From Acidobacteriota bacterium (GTDB lineage Bacteria; Acidobacteriota; UBA6911): 64,000 bases of DNA. The stretch is taken from the NCBI GenBank assembly GCA_965249005.1, contig CBDFLD010000022.1, positions 1,040,247 through 1,104,246 of the forward strand, written 5' to 3'. The position numbers and the translations under genes are program-made. The notes beneath the pieces are model-generated. The model worked only from the letters and a program-made list of their open reading frames with translations. It was not told the DNA's origin and did not search any database. Shown piece after piece: positions 47,863-55,900 of this stretch (position 1 is its first letter; the number at the start of each line of letters is the position of its first letter).

Positions 47863-48954
47863 TCACAGGTATTCGGGGAGATCTGATAGGTGCGCGAGGA
47901 TGATCGTGTTTAGGCGCTTGTGCAGATTGTTCCGTTTCGCGTGATGCCACACCGATTTATCCGATACCACGACGTGGCAATACGGGAGCGTTCCCGCCAC
48001 CGCGTTGATGTCGAAGATGTCGTTCTTTGTCCATCGGTGATTCGGGTTGCGATGGTAAGACGTCTTCAATGTCACTGCGACGTCAAAACTAGGCATAGAA
48101 TAGAATGCGGAGCGAGGGTCTGAACTCGCCGTGACGAAGTCGTCAAATGACTCGATCCCACGAGCGGCGAGACCTCTGCGGAGTCTGACGATAGTAAAGA
48201 CGCTCCCGTCTACTAGTTCACTGACAGAAATCACACCGCGCAGATCGTCCGGTCGCTGTCTTGTCGTGCGACTGAGTTTCCGGGCTAGATTAGCTTCTGC
48301 TTTGGCCTCCCGTACATATGCCTTATGAATGGCGTCCGGATTCCATCCTTGCTCCTGAAGTTTGAGTTCCTCCTTGGGTGTGGGGCCCTCGATCTCTTTC
48401 CGATTCAAGTGCAATCCCACCTCTTGCAGAAGCGTATCCCACGCTTGTGGGTCATCGAGCAGTCGCCGTAATCCGGAGGTGACATCTTCACCACCTGCGG
48501 TTTCTAGTTTGATGCCGCCGACTATGCCCAACCCCTGATAGCCACCGGAGTTGAGGAAGTCCATCGTGCTGATTGGTTGGGGGCTGGGGCCAACGATTTG
48601 ATCTAAGAGGGTTTCGACCTCGTGCTCTGCGACGACGTGTTGTGGCGTTACTACCATGAAACGGGAAATTTCTTCGACAACTTCGCGGAGGTCACGGCGT
48701 TGGCGGTGTTTTATTCTTGAGATCTCCATGTAGGTATGCAGAGAGAGGGGGAACACAGCAGTTCCATCCATCACTGCCTTGCGGCAAGCAGCGAGGATCT
48801 CATTGCAATTGTTGCCGTCGCGATGGCCGGCGTGTGCCTTGGATAGCTGAATCCAGTGGTTGAGATCCAGGTAGATGAGTTTCGGCGGAGGCGTTGGTAC
48901 GCTGAGAGTCTTTGGCCAAAGTGGTTTGATCGACTGCCTGGGCACGGAAATCAC
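47863..48954 (-). CDS. hypothetical protein with PIN-like acidic motifs
   Basis: IYLDLNHW, YMEI and NDIFD...PYCHVVVSDK; more A/T-ending codons than its neighbours. Confidence 0.65.
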   Translation of the reverse strand: MISVPRQSIKPLWPKTLSVPTPPPKLIYLDLNHWIQLSKAHAGHRDGNNCNEILAACRKAVMDGTAVFPLSLHTYMEISRIKHRQRRDLREVVEEISRFMVVTPQHVVAEHEVETLLDQIVGPSPQPISTMDFLNSGGYQGLGIVGGIKLETAGGEDVTSGLRRLLDDPQAWDTLLQEVGLHLNRKEIEGPTPKEELKLQEQGWNPDAIHKAYVREAKAEANLARKLSRTTRQRPDDLRGVISVSELVDGSVFTIVRLRRGLAARGIESFDDFVTASSDPRSAFYSMPSFDVAVTLKTSYHRNPNHRWTKNDIFDINAVAGTLPYCHVVVSDKSVWHHAKRNNLHKRLNTIILAHLSDLPEYL

Positions 48955-50070
48955 CTAACAATCAATGCTTGACGAGGAGCTAAAGGCGATGTCGTAATCC
49001 GCAGCTCCTTCGGGAAATATCTCGAATTTGCACCTGTAGCTCTTTGTGTCCTTCACCCACTCGATGGGCTCCTCGTCGATCCGGAAGAATTCGCGCAGCC
49101 GCTTCGACAGTTCCTGCTTTTGCTTCTTCACGTTGAGGGCCGCATGCCTGCCCTGCCAGTCGATCTGACCACGGGAGTCGGCGAAGCTTTCCAGCAGCGT
49201 CCATTGCTTGGTCCGGTCGCCATTCTTGCGGTTGGACATGCCCATCTGTGTGTAGTTGAACACCCCCTGTTCCGAATTGACTTGAACCGAAACGGTGTGG
49301 CCGTCGACGAACCGGATCGCAACGTCCCCCCAGGTCGAGTCGGGCGGGGTTGGGAAGAAGACCATCGAACCGTCGGCCTCGGGAGCGGGCAAGTTGGCGG
49401 CTCGAAATGCGCACAGGATGTCGTCGACAGGCCGCAGGAGGCGTGGTCTTCGGCGCCCGACAAGCTCGGTGTTTTCCACCAGCGGAACGAATGCCGACTT
49501 CCGGTTTCGCAGCAGCCTTTCGGTCGCCGCCGCGCAGTGCTCGCGCGTGGGAGCCAGCAAAACAAACGGCTCGTCGGTCCGGCTTACGAGACCACTGACG
49601 ATGGAGTCGAAGTCGTCGGGTTCGAGCTGAATGGTCAGGTAGACCGGAAAGCGAAACCCGGCGTATGGGGAATAGGCGCCGATTCGCGTCGTTTGATGAA
49701 GCCCGGTTGTCGGGTCGGGCTCTTCCATCAGACTGAAGGCTCTGACCAGCGCCTGATCGAAGGCCGGGCGGTCCAGTTCGTGGAGGGCGATGTCCGAACG
49801 CTTGAGCGGGAAAGTCGGGCAACCACGCCCGCACCGGCAGACCGCCACGATGTCGTTCGGCCCATGCTCAACGACTTCATGCGCGCACCCGCAACCGGGA
49901 CGCGCCGTGCAGGGATGCGAAGTGGCCCGCTTGCCGTTGGGCCGAATAAACGATTTGGCCGCCGCGTACTCATCGCCGAACCGCGTGCGCCATTCCGCGT
50001 TCACGGCCGACAAGCCGGGAACCGTCTCCAGCGTCGGCCAGAAGCCTCTCGGACTATTCCTCATCTTCAT
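48955..50070 (-). CDS. hypothetical protein with Cys-rich N-terminus and possible C-terminal winged HTH
   Basis: C..GCGC..CRC..GC cluster; KKQKQELSKRLREFF; overlaps the upstream gene. Confidence 0.75.
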   Translation of the reverse strand: MKMRNSPRGFWPTLETVPGLSAVNAEWRTRFGDEYAAAKSFIRPNGKRATSHPCTARPGCGCAHEVVEHGPNDIVAVCRCGRGCPTFPLKRSDIALHELDRPAFDQALVRAFSLMEEPDPTTGLHQTTRIGAYSPYAGFRFPVYLTIQLEPDDFDSIVSGLVSRTDEPFVLLAPTREHCAAATERLLRNRKSAFVPLVENTELVGRRRPRLLRPVDDILCAFRAANLPAPEADGSMVFFPTPPDSTWGDVAIRFVDGHTVSVQVNSEQGVFNYTQMGMSNRKNGDRTKQWTLLESFADSRGQIDWQGRHAALNVKKQKQELSKRLREFFRIDEEPIEWVKDTKSYRCKFEIFPEGAADYDIAFSSSSSIDC

Positions 50071-51214
50071 CCTGTTCGACGAAGCCGCGCCTGGTGAGCC
50101 AGTCCTCCACGACGTCGGCGTCGCTGTCCCTGGTGTATTGGGCGATGTTCGAGGGGCGGATCGTCACCGTGCGGGGATTCTTCGCATCGGTGAACTTCAC
50201 GTGAAAGCTCGCTCGAATGATGCGTGCCCTGGACGGCATGCTGCGCCCAGCTGCCTCGAGCGCGGCGAAGATGTCGTTCGCCTTGCGGATTTCGATCTCC
50301 CGCTCGGCGCCGCCCCACAGGAACTGGACCTCCTTGAGCCGCACCCAGTCCATGCCATCGATGTCGGTGCAAACGATGGACGCCGGTCCCGCCGTCCGGA
50401 GCGGTTCGAGCGTGTACTTGCCGGTACCGGGAAAGAAGTCCTCGTCGCCGAAGAGATGGCGGCCGAACTCCCTGCGGTAGGTCTCCTTCTCTCCCTTGTT
50501 GCAGGCATTCATTCGGAGTTCACCGGGGGCCGGTTCGTAGACCAGCACGTCATGCTTCTCCGGGCGGTAGAAGACGCTCGACGTCCGGGCGCCGTCGAGG
50601 CTGCCTTCACGCCGGAACGGATCGCCGTGGCGCACGAGGAACCAGATCGAATCGTCCTTCGGATACACGAACACGCGCGATCCCCGGCCACGCTTCTTCC
50701 TCTCGAACCAGGCGTCCAGATCGCGTTCAAGAGCGGCCAGCGTTTCCCGTGAGGGTTGTCTGAACGTGGGGACCGGCCGCGTTTCGGTCTGGAAGTACTC
50801 GAAGGACCGCGGCCGGGTGAGATACTGCTCGGCATGCTTGCGTTCCAGGAGCCGCCGGTCCTGGAGGAAGACCTGAACCGCGACATCCGCCGCCGTGGGG
50901 TCGGGCTTTCCGTCCAATGAGAGGCCATTCGTCTCCGCCTCTTCCAACAGCAGGTCCATGGATTCGTCAGTGGACATCTCGTTGACGAAGTACAGGGCGT
51001 CGACCAGGTTTTTCGGCGTGTCCGAGTCCGGACTCATCAGCACCTCGACCAGCCGCTCGTGGTCCAGACCATTCGAGGCGGACGCCGGCAGCAACCTCAA
51101 CCCTCGGCCTTCGAAGTAGGACCGGTACGGCCCCAGGAATTCGTGGAGACGCTGCGGCGCGATGGCCTTGAGGACGGCGGGCTGGGCGAAACGCCGGAGG
51201 TTGTAGGTTGCCAT
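50054..51214 (-). CDS. hypothetical element protein (386 aa)
   Basis: AAGGAG RBS; long ORF directly after the LexA-like gene with element-typical codon use. Confidence 0.8.
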   Translation of the reverse strand: MATYNLRRFAQPAVLKAIAPQRLHEFLGPYRSYFEGRGLRLLPASASNGLDHERLVEVLMSPDSDTPKNLVDALYFVNEMSTDESMDLLLEEAETNGLSLDGKPDPTAADVAVQVFLQDRRLLERKHAEQYLTRPRSFEYFQTETRPVPTFRQPSRETLAALERDLDAWFERKKRGRGSRVFVYPKDDSIWFLVRHGDPFRREGSLDGARTSSVFYRPEKHDVLVYEPAPGELRMNACNKGEKETYRREFGRHLFGDEDFFPGTGKYTLEPLRTAGPASIVCTDIDGMDWVRLKEVQFLWGGAEREIEIRKANDIFAALEAAGRSMPSRARIIRASFHVKFTDAKNPRTVTIRPSNIAQYTRDSDADVVEDWLTRRGFVEQDEDEE

Positions 51215-51232
51215 GGGTCGGACGCTCCTTAT

Positions 51233-51931
51233 CTACTCTTGTTGGATTGCTCCTGTGCTTGGCCCGCTGACTCCGGACCGGCTGATGGCCACGACCTTGC
51301 CCAGGATGCGCAGTCCATCGTCCGGGCCGATCGGCAGGGGCCGGTGCGCCGGGTTCTCGGGCCGGAGCGCCGGGTTCTCGGGCCGGAGCTCGATTCGTTC
51401 TTCACGGATGAAGAGCCGCTTGACCGTGGCCTCTTGGTCCAGCAGCGCGACCACGATGTCGCCGCTTTCCGCCACGGGCTGTTCCCGAACCACAACGAGG
51501 TCCCCGTCGTGGATGCCGGCGCCGATCATGCTCTCGCCTTCAACCTCGAGCGCGAAGCAGCGGCCGGAGCGGACCGCCCGGCTGTCAACGAGAACCTCGC
51601 CGATGACGTTCTCCTCAGCCAGGACCGGCTGGCCCGCGGCGACCCTGCCGACGATGGGAACCGCCAACAACTCGAGCACTTCGTCCGTGGGTTCCCGAAG
51701 AACGGTGAGCCCGCGCGCCTTCCTCGACTCCCGCTTGACGTAGCCTTTGCGCACCAGCTGGCTGACTTGGTCGCGCACGCTCGGGGTCGATATCTCGAGG
51801 ATGTCCGCGAGTTCCTGGATGGTCGGGGGAAACCCCTGCTGGCGGCTGAAACGGCGCAGCTCGCCCAATGTGCGCCGCTGCGGGCCGGTGATTTCCTCAA
51901 CGCGTGGTCTGCCTCTCGACTGACTGCTCAT
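51233..51931 (-). CDS. LexA-like repressor (winged HTH plus S24 peptidase)
   Basis: PPTIQELA HTH; VAAG cleavage site; GESM (Ser) and TVKR (Lys). Confidence 0.92.
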   Translation of the reverse strand: MSSQSRGRPRVEEITGPQRRTLGELRRFSRQQGFPPTIQELADILEISTPSVRDQVSQLVRKGYVKRESRKARGLTVLREPTDEVLELLAVPIVGRVAAGQPVLAEENVIGEVLVDSRAVRSGRCFALEVEGESMIGAGIHDGDLVVVREQPVAESGDIVVALLDQEATVKRLFIREERIELRPENPALRPENPAHRPLPIGPDDGLRILGKVVAISRSGVSGPSTGAIQQE

Positions 51932-52061
51932 GGCAAATCCTCTCTCAGGGGAGATTACAGTGGCTATGCCCAGGGACCGGAGACCAGGACTGTCGAGCAG
52001 TCCGGCCTATCGGACAACGCGGCGCACCTGGGTCAACGGGTCGAAGAGAACAGTATATAAA

Positions 52062-52087
52062 CCTCTTATATTGACAAGAATAAGAGG
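52062..52087. promoter_or_regulatory. candidate operator upstream of the LexA-like gene
   Basis: CCTCTTAT-N10-ATAAGAGG perfect inverted repeat in an AT-rich tract next to a minus-strand TATACT. Confidence 0.5.
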
Positions 52088-52223
52088 ATGCTGGTGGCAG
52101 CTCACCGGACGGAGGCAGCCTGATGGTAGGAGTGTGTGGACAGCGCAAAAGCCTGCGGAGGTGAGACCGAACAAGAGCGCAAGGGCAAGGGCCGATAATC
52201 TGGCCCGACCCGAGGGTTGCTTG

Positions 52224-52656
52224 CTACTTCAGCCGCCGTGCGGCCAGCCGAGCCCACATTGTGCGCTGACGGTTCCAGTGTGGGACCGTGGCGATGGGGC
52301 GAAGGTCCTTCTCGCGGATGGGATCGCGGCCCTGGAGGGTGCGCGGCAGGAACAGCAGCGCCTCCTGAATGTCGGGCGCCAAGTGGAGCAGGCACATGAT
52401 CTGCGAAATTCGAGCCTGCGTCACATAGCCGAGTCGTGCCAGGTCCGCATAGTCACTAACCTCGCCACGCCGGACCAAATCGTCGAAGCGGATGGCCAAG
52501 GCCATAATCCTCGAGACACGGGGCACGTTCCCCGGTTCGACCGCTCGGTCCTTGCCTCCATGATTGCGATTCCGGCCGTTGGCGGTGCGGAAGGTAAAGG
52601 AGACCTCAACCGAACTCGGCCCCGGGTTCGGTTGAGCTGGATGGGGTTGTTCTCAT
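52224..52656 (-). pseudogene. small HTH-like recombinase accessory protein, probably frameshifted near the start
   Basis: ATGA overlap at 52653-52656 is one base out of frame with VPRVSRIMALAIRF...YADLARLGYVTQARISQIM; an alternative GTG start at 52526 is possible. Confidence 0.6.
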
Positions 52657-54267
52657 GTTGTCGCCTCCTTTCCGGCGATGGCCCCTTCGCTGCAGAGCGC
52701 CTTGATGCCCACCGAGCGAAAGGCCACTGTGACCCTGCCGTCCCGCCCGTCGTACCCGATCCGCTCAATGAGCAGCCGGATGATGCGCGCCTGCTCGCGA
52801 GGCGACAGCGACTCCCACACCGGATCGAAGTGCGCCAGGGCCTGGGTCAACTCGCTTTCGCCCACGGTTTCCCGCTCCAGCGCAATGACCTCTTCGCGGA
52901 TGGCAGTGATCCGCTGCTCGGAGGCTCGGATTCGATCCTGCAGGTCGGCCAGCTGATCGGTCGTGGATCGGCCGTTGGAGCTTTCCGAACCGGCCCCGTG
53001 AACCAGCTTCTCGACGCTGGAGTACAGCTGCTTAAGCTCGCTTTCCTGTCGGCGCCGTTCGACCTCCAGTTCCGTCATTCGCCGGTCGCTCTGCTCACGC
53101 ACCCCCTTGATCGTCGCCTGGACGATCTCCTCGTTGCGCCCGACCCCGCGAATGTGTTCCACCACGGCGGTTTCAATCTCGTGAGCGTTGAGCGCCTTGC
53201 TCGGGCACGACGACCAGCCCCGCTGCTGGGCGTTGCGGCAGACGTAGTAGCGGTAGCGCTTTTTTTGCTTGCAAGTGTAGGCGTGCGCCATGGCGGATTC
53301 GCAGGGCGTACAATACAACAGGCCCTTGAGCAGCGCCCCGTGCTTGTTGCGCACCTTCCGTCCTCCCGAGAGGCCGTTTCTGCGCAGCACCTCCTGGACC
53401 TGTTGCCACACATCGGCATCGACGATGGCGTCGTGTTCGCCCTCGTAGAGGGTTCCTTCGTACCGCACCTTGCCGGTGTAGAGCACGTAGGTGAGAAGCC
53501 GATACAACGCGTTCTTGGTGAAGGGCTTGCCGCCGCGCTCATGGCCCTTCTTGGTGATCCACTGTTTGGTGACCCAGCCGCGGCGGTTGAGTTCCTGGAC
53601 GACCGGGATCGCGGCCTGGTGTTCGAGATAACAGATTGTAGATCGCCCGCACCTGAGCCGCCTCCTCCGGGTTGACGATCAACCGGCCCCCTTCCGGTGC
53701 CACGTCGTAGCCCAGGGTCGGCTGGCCCCCCATCCACTTGCCCTTGCGACGGGCCGCCGACATCTTGTCCTTGACGCGTTCGGAGATGATCTCCCGCTCG
53801 AACTGGGCAAAGGAGAGCAGGATGTTCATGGTGAGCCGCCCCATGGAGCTGGTCGTGTTGAACTGCTGGGTGACCGAGACAAAGCTCACCTTGTGGCGGT
53901 CGAAGAGCTCCATGATGCGGGCGAAGTCCAGCAGCGACCGGCTGAGACGATCCACCTTGTAGACCACCACGCAGTCGATCCGGGAGGCCTCGATGTCGGC
54001 ACACAGGCGCTCAAGAGCAGGCCGCTGCATGTTGCCGCCGGTGAAGCCGCCATCGTCGTAGTAGTCGGGCAGGCAGCTCCAGCCCTCGTGCCGCTGACTG
54101 GCGATGTAGGCTTCTGCCGATTCCCGCTGCGCGTCGAGGCTGTTGAACTCCTGGTCGAGTCCTTCCTCCGTTGACTTGCGGGTGTAGATGGCGCAGCGGA
54201 CGGCGTCGTTTTGAGTTGGGGCAGAAGCCGGGGTCATCGACGGAGCGGAGTGGAGATTTCCGTTCAT
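52653..54267 (-). pseudogene. large serine recombinase, +1 frameshift at ~53630
   Basis: YTRKS (catalytic Ser), YKVDRLSRS, recombinase domain, zinc ribbon CTPC..YYVC..C; CTGTTATCTC restores to LYLEHQ if one T is removed. Confidence 0.92.
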
Positions 54268-54800
54268 TCGCTCACCCCCTGATGGTGACGCCCGCTCGCG
54301 GGTGCGTCACCACCGGTGAGGCCGAAGAACAGGAACCCGTTCCATTTGCTGCCCGTGATTTCCTTGGCGATGGCCGACAGGGACGGATAGCGCCGGTCCT
54401 CGAACTCGAAGCCCTCATCGAGCACCTTGACCACCACGTCGCGCCCCCGAAACTCCCGCACCAGCAGTGTGCCGGGCACGGGTAGTCGCGGATCTCGCGA
54501 GGGCGGGATGCGGCTCTTCGCCGTTCGAGCCCTCACCTCCGCTGAGCCGGGCCGGATCTGATCACGCGGGGCGCGCATTCTGAGATCGGTGTCGTTGGCC
54601 AGTTCCTCGGCACGCCGGCGGGCCCGCTCGGAGAGGCCGCCCTCGGCCAGGGCCTGCAGGCGCCAGGCGATGCGCTTTTGCAGGGCCGCCTTGTGGTGGC
54701 AGCGGCTCTCCTCGCCGAAGACCTCCAGGTACTTGTCCCGGAGCTGGCCCACGGTCAGTCGGGACAGCTCCTGGATCTGTTGATAGGTGCTTGCTTTCAT
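54264..54800 (-). CDS. DUF2924-domain protein
   Basis: IAWRLQALAEGGLS, PGTLLVREFRG, YPSLSAIAKEITGSKWNGFLFFGL; ATGA overlap with the recombinase. Confidence 0.9.
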   Translation of the reverse strand: MKASTYQQIQELSRLTVGQLRDKYLEVFGEESRCHHKAALQKRIAWRLQALAEGGLSERARRRAEELANDTDLRMRAPRDQIRPGSAEVRARTAKSRIPPSRDPRLPVPGTLLVREFRGRDVVVKVLDEGFEFEDRRYPSLSAIAKEITGSKWNGFLFFGLTGGDAPASGRHHQGVSE

Positions 54801-54876
54801 CCAATTTCCTCCTGTTCATGGACTCACCCTCTGGCGGGCGGTCCATCCGCCTCGCCGTCTCGGGGCGTTAACTCGT

Positions 54877-55080
54877 TCATTCATGAACGCTTCGGTGGCC
54901 CGAACGATCAAGTCTATTCTCCGTAAGCGGCTGAAAATGCTTATCTTTCCCGGCCTCGTTCCCGGATGTGGGCGAAATTCCTCGGCTCTTCCGGAGGCGC
55001 AGGCAGCCTTGGGCCAGGATCGAGGCGATCTCCGCGATCACCTCATCGCGGGTGGGTGGGATGTTTGCGTTGGTCGGCAT
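54877..55080 (-). CDS. small hypothetical element protein
   Basis: AAGGAGG RBS; EIASILAQGCLRL helix; first ORF after promoter copy 1. Confidence 0.6.
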   Translation of the reverse strand: MPTNANIPPTRDEVIAEIASILAQGCLRLRKSRGISPTSGNEAGKDKHFQPLTENRLDRSGHRSVHE

Positions 55081-55282
55081 CCGGTCCTCCTTGGCGGGAG
55101 GCCGCGGAAGAGGAGGTGCTGTGGATGCCGCGTGGGACGGAAACGGTCGTCAGGAGCCGTTGGAGTCCGCTCGACACCGCACGATGGCGATATCGCCGGC
55201 ACCCACAACGGGCTCCGTCCTTCACGGCCGCTGCCGCTGTCTGGTGATCCGCCGGACCCTCTTGGCCCGGCTTCTATATAGA

Positions 55283-55310
55283 TACTTACCGGAGCGAGTG
55301 AAAAAGTGTC
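55283..55310 (-). promoter_or_regulatory. putative element-specific ECF sigma promoter, copy 1
   Basis: GACAC-TTTTTCACTCGCT-CCGGTAAGTA. Confidence 0.72.
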
Positions 55311-55514
55311 ACTTTTTGGTGGTCCGCGTGCAACCGGGCCGTTAAATAAAGCGGGATGTTAAATGGAGAATGGGAGAATCCGTAAACGATATCTTGGGGA
55401 GGGCGTGCGCAACCCCCATGGTTGCACGCGCTACCCCGTGCGTCAGTTTACGAACCGGAGAATCGGAAAGAATGTGGAGGTCGGCGCAAGTGATTGGAAA
55501 AGCGCCAGATACGA

Positions 55515-55548
55515 CAAGACCCCGGCGGGGCCGTCCGTCGGGGTCTTG
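55515..55548. terminator. strong GC hairpin near the element boundary
   Basis: CAAGACCCCGGCGG...CCGTCGGGGTCTTG; no clear U-tract. Confidence 0.4.
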
Positions 55549-55900
55549 CGTTAACTAACAGACCGCAAAAGTTCGCGGTTATGATTTTGGCTCCCCTTGA
55601 GCAACCCTCTTCATAACCACTCACCGGTCGCCTCAGGAGAATAAACCATTAGATTTGAAGGAGTTACTGAATTCGGGTTGTGCCGAAAAAGCGGAAGCGC
55701 AGTTGACGCGGATTTCCTCTTTCCCGATCCAGCAAATTCGAGGCGGAAGCGTTGTCAAGCACATTTCCGTCCTTCCGGTCAAGCATGCCCCCTCTCCAAC
55801 GTCGGAGCCAGGATATCTGGGTCGTCGTTCACCCTGGTGCTGACGGCGGGCCGCTCGTAGGGACAGGCAGGGGGTTGACCCACTGCTCGGGGTCAGTTCC

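Larger units (their letters stand above)
34198..55625 (-). mobile_element. degraded integrative phage/ICE-like element (serine recombinase + DUF2924 type); boundaries approximate
   Basis: Co-oriented minus-strand modules for recombination, regulation and replication; at least seven inactivating lesions; no virion or conjugation genes in the window. Confidence 0.8.

Noticed and set aside
53625-53640. Programmed frameshift in the recombinase
   Set aside because: No slippery heptamer; a single extra T explains it.
51930-53675. 581 aa plus-strand ORF divergent from the repressor (possible Cro-side gene)
   Set aside because: Overlaps the recombinase and accessory gene antisense; no recognisable domain.
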